A stretch of 64,000 bases of DNA, from positions 2,628 to 66,627 of IMG/VR virus record IMGVR_UViG_3300032272_000011; one strand, 5' to 3'. Position numbers and translations under genes: made by a program. A model generated the notes under the pieces. It was not told the DNA's origin. It saw nothing but the letters and a program-made list of their open reading frames with translations, and ran no database searches. Position 1 is the first letter of the stretch. Every line of letters starts with the position of its first letter. Positions 9,919 to 19,389 of the stretch are shown in pieces. This DNA comes from a virus. Its lineage: Duplodnaviria; Caudoviricetes.

Positions 9919-10253
9919 AGATGGACCAGATGATCTCGGGCGTCGAGCTGCGTGCATCCGACAGCTCGTTCTTGCCGATGCTTGCCAAGATGCTCGCAGC
10001 AAAGGTCATGAAGCAGACCACGCGAACGGCTGACGGCTACCGGCTCACCGTGGAAGTGCGGCCGGTCTACAGCACCACGGTGTCGGCCTTGTACTGTTGC
10101 GTGAACCAGGAAGGAAACCTCCACCCGAGGACCATAGCCACGAAGCGCGACATCTCGTGGACCCTGCTGCTGGAGCAGCCGGAGATCCTGAGCCTGGACG
10201 AAGACGAGGTGAACGAGTTCTGGGCCGTGACCAAGATGAAAGGTGAAGACTGA
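9915..10253 (+). CDS. Hypothetical protein
   Basis: ATGA coupling to upstream gene; SD ggagag. Confidence 0.55.
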   Translation: MKMDQMISGVELRASDSSFLPMLAKMLAAKVMKQTTRTADGYRLTVEVRPVYSTTVSALYCCVNQEGNLHPRTIATKRDISWTLLLEQPEILSLDEDEVNEFWAVTKMKGED

Positions 10254-10513
10254 TGCCCCCCGATGAAATGACCGAGTTGGCAGCGAAGTTTGCAGAGTCG
10301 TCCAAGAAGCTCGAGGACCTGACCGAAGCGATGAGGTTGGCGGAGATGGAGGCGCAGCGCCTGTCGAAGACGCTCGAGGCAACAATCGACAGGCTCAAGA
10401 TCCTCCAGGACGACATCGAGCCTGGGGGCCAAACCATCTTCACCACGACGGACTGCCACGCCGTGGTGGTTGCCCCTGACTGCGTGATCTTCACCAGCAC
10501 GAGGGAGTGCTGA
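10253..10513 (+). CDS. Hypothetical coiled-coil protein
   Basis: TGATG coupling. Confidence 0.55.
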   Translation: MPPDEMTELAAKFAESSKKLEDLTEAMRLAEMEAQRLSKTLEATIDRLKILQDDIEPGGQTIFTTTDCHAVVVAPDCVIFTSTREC

Positions 10514-10800
10514 TGAATCAGTTCCTTCCACCACCCCTTTTCGAGATGGACCTCGTCGTGGTGAACGCCATCGCAGACTTGGGCATGAGCAACGGCGAGC
10601 CACATCTGGTGAGGTGGGCTCTCGAGCTGGAAGCAGTCGCACCTAAACCGAACGCCGTGGAACTGGACCTTGCCCAATGCGACGTCACTGACTTCCACGT
10701 GTGGAAGGATACGTTCGCCATCCACGCCGTTCTCTGGCTCACCATCGACTTCGAACCCACAGTCCACGGCGTTCGGTACAGACTGAAGAAAGGCAAATAA
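10513..10800 (+). CDS. Hypothetical protein
   Basis: TGATG coupling. Confidence 0.5.
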   Translation: MNQFLPPPLFEMDLVVVNAIADLGMSNGEPHLVRWALELEAVAPKPNAVELDLAQCDVTDFHVWKDTFAIHAVLWLTIDFEPTVHGVRYRLKKGK

Positions 10801-11015
10801 TGCTGACTGAAAAGGACATGCGCCTGATGCTCGAGATCATCGCGCAGAAGGTGGGGCGTGTCGGGTACTCAGAAGTGCGGGAAGAGGCACAGCTCCAAGC
10901 CAAGCTCAGCATCATGCTGGAGGCCCGTTTGCAAGTACTGCACAGGTCAGAAGACATCATCAACGCTTCCCTCAAAGCGATGCATGAAGGCAAAACGAGA
11001 GACAAACAATCGTGA
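10800..11015 (+). CDS. Hypothetical protein
   Basis: TAATG coupling. Confidence 0.5.
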   Translation: MLTEKDMRLMLEIIAQKVGRVGYSEVREEAQLQAKLSIMLEARLQVLHRSEDIINASLKAMHEGKTRDKQS

Positions 11016-11188
11016 GATACTCAGTTGAAATAAAGTGGAACCGAGAGTTCCACTTCGTGTGGCGTAGCAGCCACGAAACGCTCGACGAAGCGAGGTCCAG
11101 GGCCCACTCTCCGCTGAACATGGGAGACGGAGCCTGTGTCAAGGCAACCCGCATCCTCGACGAGAACACAGGAAAGTACGTCCGATGA
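11012..11188 (+). CDS. Small hypothetical protein (resembles 30826-30987)
   Basis: GTGA coupling; MRYSVEIKW...RILDENTGKYVR; not in ORF track. Confidence 0.5.
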   Translation: MRYSVEIKWNREFHFVWRSSHETLDEARSRAHSPLNMGDGACVKATRILDENTGKYVR

Positions 11189-11679
11189 AAACCCTACTCC
11201 TCCTCGTGGCGCTCAGCGCCTCCTCCCTGGCCCAGGGCGCCGACAACGACTGGGACAACTCCCTGGGTCCGTGGACCATCAGCCCCGCGACCCTCTACGT
11301 CGGAAGCTACCTGGATGGGACGCACGTCCCGTTCGAGTTCGGCATCTCCGTCACCGGCCTGAATGAGCCCGGCATCAACTGGCTCGTCTTCGGCTACCTG
11401 GAGCTGGTAGACGCTGACAACAACCCCACCCCCTGGTACAACTGGGTCTCGCGGAAGCCCGTGTTCAGCCTGGATCCAGTGGCCGGCGTGCCTCAGTTCC
11501 AGACCGACAAGAACCCGATCACGGAAGAGGACGAGGACGCTCTTTGGCTCCAGTCCACCTATCAGGCGAACGCCGTGGGTGTGCGAGTGGTCTACAGCGT
11601 CTGGTACCGGATCACCGGCTATGGCTGGTTCCGACAGACCGTCATCGGCCCGAACCTGCTGGGGATGCTGACGTCATGA
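11185..11679 (+). CDS. Signal-peptide-bearing exported protein
   Basis: MKTLLLLVALSASSLAQG signal peptide with SLA cleavage site. Confidence 0.65.
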   Translation: MKTLLLLVALSASSLAQGADNDWDNSLGPWTISPATLYVGSYLDGTHVPFEFGISVTGLNEPGINWLVFGYLELVDADNNPTPWYNWVSRKPVFSLDPVAGVPQFQTDKNPITEEDEDALWLQSTYQANAVGVRVVYSVWYRITGYGWFRQTVIGPNLLGMLTS

Positions 11680-12512
11680 AAGACTTCGACGCAATCGTCA
11701 TCGGTGCGGGCATCTTCGGCTGCACCATCACCCGCGCTCTTCGCGACGCCGGCAAGTCAGTCCTGCTGGTCTCCAAGAAGGAGCGCCTCTCGGGCTCCCA
11801 GGCGTCCGGCAACCTGATGAAGCCGGGTTGGTTTGCGGGGCTCGGCAAGGCGGTGTACGAACCGGCTCTGGCGCTCCTCGAGAGGCAGTACGGGATCCGC
11901 GACCTCACCTTCGCCGCCGGCAAGGGCGTGGTCCGCAAGGACGTGAAGGTGCACTGGGTCCCGCTGGAAAGCGTGCTCAGCGAGGAGAAGCTCGATGCCA
12001 CCGTCACCGATGTCGGTGCGGACGGCACCGTCTTCGTTGAGGGCCAAGGTGAGTTCCGCGCGCCGCTCGTCGTGGTGTGCGCAGGCTACTGGACCCAACA
12101 GCTCCTCGGCACCGGACCCACCGTGGTCGGCAAGCAGGGAGTCAGCCTCCGCTGGACCGAAGAGGAGTGCCCCGCGCAGATCACCCCCTGGGCACCGTAC
12201 AAACAGATCGTCCAGTACAGCTACATCACGGGGCCCGGCAAGTCGGCCATGTGGGCCGGAGACGGTACGGCGATCCTCCCCAAGAACTGGACCGGCGAGC
12301 GGATGCGACAAAGCGTGGACCGCGTCATCAAGCACGTCGGTGCTCACACGAAGCCGCTCCTCGTCCAGGGCATCCGTCCCTACGTCAAGGGGGCCAAGCC
12401 CTGCTTCCTCGAGGAGCTGTGGCCGGGCACGTGGGTCGCGACCGGCGGCGCCAAGAACGGTCAGCTCGCTGCCGGGTGGGCCGCACACAAGATCCTGGAG
12501 GCAACGTCATGA
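11676..12512 (+). CDS. FAD-dependent oxidoreductase (PaMx11 gp47-like flavin-dependent lyase)
   Basis: IVIGAGIFG Rossmann motif, GIRPY, ATGGAKNG; sits in the modification cluster. Confidence 0.8.
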   Translation: MKDFDAIVIGAGIFGCTITRALRDAGKSVLLVSKKERLSGSQASGNLMKPGWFAGLGKAVYEPALALLERQYGIRDLTFAAGKGVVRKDVKVHWVPLESVLSEEKLDATVTDVGADGTVFVEGQGEFRAPLVVVCAGYWTQQLLGTGPTVVGKQGVSLRWTEEECPAQITPWAPYKQIVQYSYITGPGKSAMWAGDGTAILPKNWTGERMRQSVDRVIKHVGAHTKPLLVQGIRPYVKGAKPCFLEELWPGTWVATGGAKNGQLAAGWAAHKILEATS

Positions 12513-12694
12513 GCTACCCCACGTGCCCTCACTGCGGAACGCAGATCACCGAGGGAGAGGACTACGCTCCCGCCGTCTCCGTGTGGGGATCCGACGGTGG
12601 ACGAGTCGCGCTCTGGTGTTCGGAGTGCGACAAGGACTTCTGGGTGGAGGAGCTGGTGAAGCGCACCTTCACGAGTTTCAAGGAGGAGACATGA
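12509..12694 (+). CDS. Zinc-ribbon protein
   Basis: CPHC...CSEC; coupled on both sides. Confidence 0.6.
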   Translation: MSYPTCPHCGTQITEGEDYAPAVSVWGSDGGRVALWCSECDKDFWVEELVKRTFTSFKEET

Positions 12695-13116
12695 TCAAGA
12701 TACGCACAGCGGGCATCCACGAGCACGACAAGGTGATGGAGATCGCCAAGACGTCGAAGTACACGCGGGACTTCAGCCACATGATGTTCAGCGGCGAGGC
12801 AGCCTACCAGAAGGAGTGGATCCGGGTCGCCGAGGAGGAGAGCACCGGTGTGCTCGTCGGGTTCTACTGCGTGCGCCACAAGGTCCGCAGCCCCGAGACC
12901 ACCATGTACTTCATCACCGTGCGCCCAGGGTTCACCAAGCTGGGGGTGGCGTCCGCGCTCCTCGAGGACCTCAAGGCGCAGTGCCCCAACAACCGAATCG
13001 TTCTCAACGTTATGAACGACAACAAACCTGCGCTTGGCTTTTACGCCAAACACGGGTTCAATACTGTTGGTCCTGCCCTGAAGGGCAAGGGCGTCCAACT
13101 TTCACTGGAGTGGTAA
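12691..13116 (+). CDS. GNAT acetyltransferase (PaMx11 gp48-like)
   Basis: VRPGFTKLGVASALL motif A; NKPALGFYAKHGF. Confidence 0.85.
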   Translation: MIKIRTAGIHEHDKVMEIAKTSKYTRDFSHMMFSGEAAYQKEWIRVAEEESTGVLVGFYCVRHKVRSPETTMYFITVRPGFTKLGVASALLEDLKAQCPNNRIVLNVMNDNKPALGFYAKHGFNTVGPALKGKGVQLSLEW

Positions 13117-13117
13117 C

Positions 13118-13351
13118 ATGAGCCAGAACGAAGCCGACAAGGTCGTCAAGTCCCAGAAGAACGACCCGTGCGGCTGCACCAACACTGTCTACGCGGACGA
13201 CACCTCCAACTTCTTTCCCTGCCTGGGCCACGCGCTCCTCAACGCTGGAGTCATGCTCCAAGCAGCCGGGCAGCGGTGGGCCCAGATCCAGGAGCAGGCC
13301 GTCGCGGCTGGCAGGCAGCAGCGCATGAAGAAAGGTCCCCACAAGCGATGA
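13118..13351 (+). CDS. Hypothetical protein
   Basis: Fills gap, coupled to kinase. Confidence 0.5.
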   Translation: MSQNEADKVVKSQKNDPCGCTNTVYADDTSNFFPCLGHALLNAGVMLQAAGQRWAQIQEQAVAAGRQQRMKKGPHKR

Positions 13352-13941
13352 TCTTCAACATCCGTGGAACCAGTGGGTCGGGCAAGACCACACTGGTGAA
13401 AGACGTCATCGGCTGGCTCACTGCCGAAGGCGCGGTGCTCCACGAGCACTTCCATCCTGGCCGCAAGCAACCACTGTGGTTCCAGCTCACCCGGCGCAAC
13501 GGTGAGGTGTGGTCGTTCATCGGCCACTACAACGCAGCGTGCGGCGGGTGCGACACCATCAACAGCATGGACTGGGTCTTCGAACTGGTGAAGGAGCGCC
13601 ACTTCGCCTCCGACCATCTGGTCTTCGAGGGGCTCATCGTTTGCTCCGATGCCCGGCGCATCATCGAGCTGGCAAAGGAGCACCGGGGTCAGCTCAAGGT
13701 CATCAACCTCAAGACCGACAAGGAGGTTTGCCTGGAAGGCATCCGCGCCCGACGCACCGCGCGTGGGGTCGACCCCAACGCACCCTTCAAGGAGTCCGTG
13801 GAACGCAACGTCAAGGCCAAGATGCGCACCTGCGAGAAGACGGCGGAGCGCATCGAGGCGGAGGCTCCCGGCACGGTAAAGCACATGACCCGTGACGAGG
13901 CCCGAGACTACCTGTACCAGTACGTGAGGTGGACGCCTTGA
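13348..13941 (+). CDS. P-loop kinase, probable 5-hmdU DNA kinase
   Basis: NIRGTSGSGKTT, GGCDTI, VFEGLIV; context. Confidence 0.75.
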   Translation: MIFNIRGTSGSGKTTLVKDVIGWLTAEGAVLHEHFHPGRKQPLWFQLTRRNGEVWSFIGHYNAACGGCDTINSMDWVFELVKERHFASDHLVFEGLIVCSDARRIIELAKEHRGQLKVINLKTDKEVCLEGIRARRTARGVDPNAPFKESVERNVKAKMRTCEKTAERIEAEAPGTVKHMTRDEARDYLYQYVRWTP

Positions 13942-14798
13942 AGCCCAACTACACAGAGTTCTTCGACTTCGCGAAGGAGCGGGAGGCGATCCGCGTCCAG
14001 AAGGCAAACCACGCTCGTCTGCCGTGGACCAAGGACAAGGTGCTGCAGGAGTTCCGCTTCTGCAACGTCTTCAGGGAGGACGACAAGACCACGAAGTGGT
14101 TCCGAGGAGAGATCCGCAGTCCGCTCCGCAACGACCCTTCCGTCCTCTTCGCCACCGTCGCCTTCCGCTGGTTCAACCGCATCAGCACCGGCAGGGCGCT
14201 GCTCCCCTGGCTCACTATGGAGAAGGAGTGGAACGAAGACGAGGTGCTGTGGGCCTTGAACGACATCGTCCGTGAAGGTCGCCCAATCGTGACCGGCGCC
14301 TACGTCATCAAGACTCCCAACGGGGCCCCGAAGTCGGAGGGCATCGTCGAGTGCTTGCGCCGGTTCCGCAAGCTGCACGAAAAACAGATCCTGGAAGTCG
14401 CATCGGCGGACGATGCCACGCTCGAGAAAGTGCACGAGCGCCTCATGTATGTGCCCTATCTGGGCTCGTTCATGGCCTACGAGATCGTGACGGACCTGCG
14501 CCACACCTACCTGCTCCGCGATGCGCCGGACATCATGACGTGGGCGGCGGCTGGCCCAGGGGCAGCGCGGGGGCTGGGGTGGCTGTACAACGGTGCCCCG
14601 GCAGGGTACAACTACCAGAGCACCAAGGGGCAATCCGAGTGCCTCTGGAGGATGAGACAAGTGCTCGCCGAGAGCGCCATCCAGTGGCCCATGGACCGCA
14701 TCTGGGAGATGCGCGAAGTCGAGCACACTCTGTGCGAATACGACAAGTGGAAGCGCGGTCACGATGGTGACCACCTGAAAAGGAAGTACCGACCATGA
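13929..14798 (+). CDS. alpha-glutamyl/putrescinyl thymine pyrophosphorylase, clade 1 (aGPT-Pplase1)
   Basis: FRFCNVFREDDKTT, FRWFN, LGSFMAYEIVTDL, EHTLCEYDKW. Confidence 0.8.
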   Translation: MDALKPNYTEFFDFAKEREAIRVQKANHARLPWTKDKVLQEFRFCNVFREDDKTTKWFRGEIRSPLRNDPSVLFATVAFRWFNRISTGRALLPWLTMEKEWNEDEVLWALNDIVREGRPIVTGAYVIKTPNGAPKSEGIVECLRRFRKLHEKQILEVASADDATLEKVHERLMYVPYLGSFMAYEIVTDLRHTYLLRDAPDIMTWAAAGPGAARGLGWLYNGAPAGYNYQSTKGQSECLWRMRQVLAESAIQWPMDRIWEMREVEHTLCEYDKWKRGHDGDHLKRKYRP

Positions 14799-15133
14799 AC
14801 CGTGACAAGCTCACCTGGAGAGAGCGCTTAGTCAAGCTGCACTTCGCCTTGGTCAGCACCCAGCCCAGCTCGTCCATGAGCAAGAAGCAGCACGCGAAGT
14901 GGGCCAAGAAGCACCACGACGAGATGGTCTTGGACCTCTGGCTCCATCACCTGGAGCACGAGGGGGCGCGGACCACCGAAGGCAAGACGTGGCTGAACCA
15001 CGTGCGCGACAACGAGTTTCCGAAAGTCAGCTCGGCCATCAAGCTGGCGGAGTGGTTGACCGACGCAACGCCTGACATGTACGACGGCGGGATGTCGGTC
15101 TGGGAAGAGTTCACTGGGAGATTTTCAACGTGA
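14795..15133 (+). CDS. Hypothetical protein
   Basis: Coupled on both sides. Confidence 0.5.
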   Translation: MNRDKLTWRERLVKLHFALVSTQPSSSMSKKQHAKWAKKHHDEMVLDLWLHHLEHEGARTTEGKTWLNHVRDNEFPKVSSAIKLAEWLTDATPDMYDGGMSVWEEFTGRFST

Positions 15134-16116
15134 TACACGTCAACACCCGGAATCCAGATGAGGGGTTGCAGGAGGTAGCCAAGCACCTGCTTGTCCACGG
15201 TTTCACCCGCAATAGCCGCAACGGCACCGTGCTCGCCTACGGCGAACCCGTCATGACCGAAGTCACCCACCCCACCGAGCGTGCGGTGCTCTGGGCCAAG
15301 CGGGACGCCAACCCGTTCTTCCACGTCATGGAAGCGCTGTGGATGCTGCACGGCGGTCAGGACGTGGCCTTCGTGAAGGAGTTCAACTCCAAGATCGTCA
15401 ACTACAGCGATGACGGGGCGACGTTCAACGGTGCCTACGGTCACCGGTGGCGCCACCACTTCGGCAAGGACCAGCTGAAGCTGATCGTCGCGGCCCTGAA
15501 GAAGGACCCCCAGTGCCGGCGCCAAGTGCTCAGCATGTGGGACGGCCACCGGGACCTCGGGCTCCAGTCCAAGGACCTGCCCTGCAACACCCACGCCTAC
15601 GTGCAGATCGATGCGATGGACAAGCTCGCTCTCACGATGTGCAACCGCTCCAACGACCTCGTGTGGGGCGCCTTCGGGGCGAACGTCGTCCACTTCACCT
15701 TCCTCCAGGAGTACCTCGCCTCCGCCCTGGGCAAGGAGATGGCACCCTACCGCAGCATGAGCGCCAACCTCCACTGCTACCTGGACATCCACGAGGGTCT
15801 CCTCCGGGACTTGGCCAGCCGCGACTTGGTGCCCAGCACCTACAGGTCAATGGAGGAGAGAGAGCGGTGCCCGCTGATGTCACTGCCCGTGAACCGATGG
15901 CAGCGTGAGCTGGACATGTTCATGGCTGACACCGAGACCAGCTTCGACGACCCGTTCTTCACGACCGTCGCTGTGCCGATGCGCAACGCCTGGAGGGCCT
16001 TCAAGAACAAGGCCGACCCTCAGCGAGTCGATGCCGCTCTCGAGCACGTGAAGGACATCGGAACCTGGGACTGGAACGCAGCGTGCGCGACGTGGCTCCA
16101 TCGGAGGTTGAAGTAA
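15130..16116 (+). CDS. Thymidylate-synthase homologue, probable dUMP hydroxymethylase
   Basis: RRQVLSMWD, DLPCN, NRSNDLVWGAFGAN, SANLHCY. Confidence 0.85.
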   Translation: MIHVNTRNPDEGLQEVAKHLLVHGFTRNSRNGTVLAYGEPVMTEVTHPTERAVLWAKRDANPFFHVMEALWMLHGGQDVAFVKEFNSKIVNYSDDGATFNGAYGHRWRHHFGKDQLKLIVAALKKDPQCRRQVLSMWDGHRDLGLQSKDLPCNTHAYVQIDAMDKLALTMCNRSNDLVWGAFGANVVHFTFLQEYLASALGKEMAPYRSMSANLHCYLDIHEGLLRDLASRDLVPSTYRSMEERERCPLMSLPVNRWQRELDMFMADTETSFDDPFFTTVAVPMRNAWRAFKNKADPQRVDAALEHVKDIGTWDWNAACATWLHRRLK

Positions 16117-16640
16117 TGGCTTGGCCCACACAGAAGCTCGTCACGGCTCTCCGCGAAGCAGGAGCCGTCCGACGCTGCCACGCCACCCCCTGGCATGGTG
16201 AGTACAACATCGCCACCCACAGCTACAACGCAGTCAACCTGCTCTTGATGCTGCACCCAAACCCGAGCATGGAACTGGTGAAGGCCATACTCTGGCACGA
16301 CGTGCCGGAACGGTGGCTCGGAGACCTGCCCGCACCCGCGAAGTGGAGCAACGGAGAGTTCGCCAAGCTGTACGAATCGATGGAGCGCAAGGTGGAGTGG
16401 GTCATCGGGACCTACGTTCACCTCACCGCGAGCGAGCGAGTTTGGCTGCACGCAGTCGACAAGATAGAACTGCTGCTATCCGCCAAAGAACAGTTGGCTT
16501 CTGGGAACCAAGCTGCGGCACAATACGTAGCAGCGCTCCTGGGCTGGTTCAAGACCGCCGTGATGCCCCAGTCGTGCACTGACTTCGTGAACGAACACCG
16601 ATACGAAAGGCTCCCCGATGTCGTACCAACAGAATCTTGA
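16116..16640 (+). CDS. HD-domain (YfbR-like) deoxynucleotidase
   Basis: VRRCH, IATHSY, LWHDVPE..GDLPAPAK, DKIE. Confidence 0.8.
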   Translation: MAWPTQKLVTALREAGAVRRCHATPWHGEYNIATHSYNAVNLLLMLHPNPSMELVKAILWHDVPERWLGDLPAPAKWSNGEFAKLYESMERKVEWVIGTYVHLTASERVWLHAVDKIELLLSAKEQLASGNQAAAQYVAALLGWFKTAVMPQSCTDFVNEHRYERLPDVVPTES

Positions 16641-17427
16641 CCAAGTGGCCGCGTCCGACGTGGAGGGCCTGAAGAAGGCCCAGAAGAGTTACGGCGACTC
16701 GTGGATGAAGCGGGGTGGTGTCGGTGCCTTCATGATGCTGGCCCGCAAGTGGGACCGCCTGGAAGTGGCGATGACGAAACCTGGTGAGGCCGACCAGTAC
16801 GACCTCTTCGGTCGAACGCTGGCGGACCCTCGCAGCGAGGGCATAATCGATGACATCCGCGACCTGCGCCGCTACCTGCTCCTCGTCGAGGCCCAGCTCA
16901 TCGAACTGGGGGTGAACCCCGACCACCGTGACAACGCCTGCGCCCACGAGTGGGAGTACGACGACCAGCCCAAGCTGTGGATCTGCATGCGCTGTGGCAC
17001 GAAGTGCGGCCCGGTCGGCGACCCCCACGGACCGATCACCGCGTGGGACACCGAGAAGGGGGTGCAGTGGCCGAAGACCAACGCTACGCGCCAGTGGGAT
17101 CCAGACAAAGACATGGCGACCACCACGACGTGCGTCCACAACTGGGTTCAGTACTCTTCCTCGGACAATCGCTCCGATTGCAGCCACTGCAGTGCTCAGT
17201 GGTTCCGGACCAAGGCGCTCGCTCCGAAGGTTGGTGTCCCCAGAGGCTACGACCTGTGCGGTAGCGGCATCATCCGGAAGGTGGGCGACATGGCGGCGGA
17301 CCTCGCCAAGAAGTCCGAGCCCCGGAAGTGCCCCGCGCTGAAGGACGGGTTGTGCTCGTGGGAGATCTACCACGGCAACGTTCGCTGCTCCACCTGTCTT
17401 GGTTCGCGTCTCTCGAGCGGGAAGTGA
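16618..17427 (+). CDS. Nucleotide-modification-associated (DUF1599/Nmad1-like) protein with Cys-rich tail
   Basis: KSYGDSWMKRGGVGAFMMLARKWDRLE, DLRRYLLLVEA; C-terminal CxxC pairs. Confidence 0.6.
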   Translation: MSYQQNLDQVAASDVEGLKKAQKSYGDSWMKRGGVGAFMMLARKWDRLEVAMTKPGEADQYDLFGRTLADPRSEGIIDDIRDLRRYLLLVEAQLIELGVNPDHRDNACAHEWEYDDQPKLWICMRCGTKCGPVGDPHGPITAWDTEKGVQWPKTNATRQWDPDKDMATTTTCVHNWVQYSSSDNRSDCSHCSAQWFRTKALAPKVGVPRGYDLCGSGIIRKVGDMAADLAKKSEPRKCPALKDGLCSWEIYHGNVRCSTCLGSRLSSGK

Positions 17428-17430
17428 GCC

Positions 17431-19389
17431 TTGGCGAAACCAGCACGCAAACTCGGCAGCGGTGAGCTGCAGATGCCCCTCTTCGCAACCAAGCCCGAGT
17501 GGGAGCTACCGCGCCTCACCGAGCTGCCCTCCTGGGCCGAAGCCCGACGGGTTGCCATCGATGTGGAGACCTGCGACCCCGACATCAAGAAGATGGGCAT
17601 CGGGGTCCGCCACAAAGGGTACATGGTCGGCGTTTCGTTCGCCATCGAGGATGGGCCCAGCGCATACCTCCCGTTCAACCATCTCGGAGGGGGCAACCTC
17701 CCGAAGGATAAGGTGCTGGAGTACCTGCGCGACCAAGTGAAAGTGTTCCGAGGAGAGGGGACTACGATCGTCGGAGCCAACCTCCCCTACGATATCGACT
17801 ATCTCATGGAGAACGGGGTCGACTTCAAGCCCCACAGGTTCAGCGACGTTCAGGTGGCGGAGCCCCTGCTCGACGAGCTGCAGATGTCGTACTCCCTCGA
17901 CAACATCGCTCTCCGCCACGGGCTGCCCGGCAAGGACGAGGACATGCTTCGTCGTGCGGCCGAGGACTTCGGCCTCGACCCGAAGTCGGAGCTGTACAAG
18001 CTCCCGGGCACCTACGTCGGCGCCTACGCCGAGCAGGACGTGCTGCTGCCCCTTCAGCTCCTGCGCCGGCAGGAGGTGCGTCTCGAGGACGAGGGGCTGC
18101 TTCCGATCTTCGACTTGGAGTCCCGAGTGCTCCCTGCCCTCGTCGCCATGCGGCGCAGGGGCGTCCGCATCGACCACCGTCAGCTCGAAGTCGTCGAGAA
18201 GTGGTCCCTCCAGAGGGAGACGGAGGCCCTCGAGGAGCTGTACCACGCCACAGGCGTCCGAGTGGCTGTAGGCGACGTCTGGAAGGCTCCTCCGCTTGCG
18301 AGCGCGCTGGAAGCCATCGGCATCGAGGTGCCTCGCACGGCGAAGACCAACGCACCCTCGATCAAGACCGACTTCCTCGACACGATCAAGCACCCGGTGG
18401 CCGAGCTGATCAAGGGGGCGCGCCGAGCGAACAAGGTCCGGTCGACGTTCGTGGCCTCCGTCCGGCGCTACGCCGTGGGCGACCGGCTCCACTGCACCTT
18501 CAACCAGCTCCGCAAGACCGACGACCAGAGCGGCGACGAGAAGGGGGCCCGGTTCGGTCGCCTGTCCTCGTGCGACCTGAACCTCCAGCAGCAGCCGGTG
18601 CGCCACCCCGAGATTGGGTCGATGTGGCGCAAGGTCTACGTGCCGGAGCCCGGGCAGGAGTGGGCCTGTGCTGACTTCTCCCAGCAAGAGCCGCGCTGGC
18701 TGACCCACTATGCAGCCCTCCTGGGCTTGCCCAGGGCCAGGGAAGTCCGAGCGAAGTACCTGAAGGATCCGAAGACAGACAACCACGACATGATGTCGAG
18801 GCTGGTCAACAGTAGGTGGGACACGCTCCCTGCGAAGCTGAAGAAGCAGGAGCGCGACTTCGCCAAGACCATCTTCCTCGGCCTGTGCTACGGCATGGGT
18901 GACGCCAAGCTGTGCCACAAGCTCGGGCTGCCAACGAAGTGGATCGAACGCAAGTTCGACCGGAAGATGATCGAGGTGGCCGGCGACGAGGGCAAGGCGC
19001 TCCTGAAGCGGTTCCACGCGGCGGTGCCCTACATCAAGGCGCTGTCGGACCGGTGCGCGGCGAAGGCGCAGGCCAAAGGGTACATCATCACGGCCATGGG
19101 CCGGAAGTGCCGGTTCCCTCGAGATGAGTCCGGCGCCTACGATTGGACCCACAAGGCCGGCAACCGGCTCATCCAGGGCAGCGGCGCGGACCAGACCAAG
19201 GCCGCTCTCGCGGACTCCCACGAGGCCGGGTTGCCCCTACAGCTACAGGTTCACGACGAGTTGGACCTCAGCATCGAGAGCCGAGCCCAGGCCCGCGAGC
19301 TGGAAGAGTGCATGTTGAACGCGACGGAGTGCTCGGTCCCGCACCTCGTCGACTCCGAGTTCGGACCCAGTTGGGGAGAGATTGAATGA
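17431..19389 (+). CDS. polA: DNA polymerase family A with 3'-5' exonuclease
   Basis: IDVET exo I; ADFSQQEPR motif A; AKTIFLGLCYGMG motif B; QVHDEL motif C. Confidence 0.93.
   Translation: MAKPARKLGSGELQMPLFATKPEWELPRLTELPSWAEARRVAIDVETCDPDIKKMGIGVRHKGYMVGVSFAIEDGPSAYLPFNHLGGGNLPKDKVLEYLRDQVKVFRGEGTTIVGANLPYDIDYLMENGVDFKPHRFSDVQVAEPLLDELQMSYSLDNIALRHGLPGKDEDMLRRAAEDFGLDPKSELYKLPGTYVGAYAEQDVLLPLQLLRRQEVRLEDEGLLPIFDLESRVLPALVAMRRRGVRIDHRQLEVVEKWSLQRETEALEELYHATGVRVAVGDVWKAPPLASALEAIGIEVPRTAKTNAPSIKTDFLDTIKHPVAELIKGARRANKVRSTFVASVRRYAVGDRLHCTFNQLRKTDDQSGDEKGARFGRLSSCDLNLQQQPVRHPEIGSMWRKVYVPEPGQEWACADFSQQEPRWLTHYAALLGLPRAREVRAKYLKDPKTDNHDMMSRLVNSRWDTLPAKLKKQERDFAKTIFLGLCYGMGDAKLCHKLGLPTKWIERKFDRKMIEVAGDEGKALLKRFHAAVPYIKALSDRCAAKAQAKGYIITAMGRKCRFPRDESGAYDWTHKAGNRLIQGSGADQTKAALADSHEAGLPLQLQVHDELDLSIESRAQARELEECMLNATECSVPHLVDSEFGPSWGEIE

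Noticed and set aside
8934-10253. 439-aa ORF from the track
   Set aside because: Alternate frame over the transferase gene; only the last ~112 codons (from 9915) look coding.
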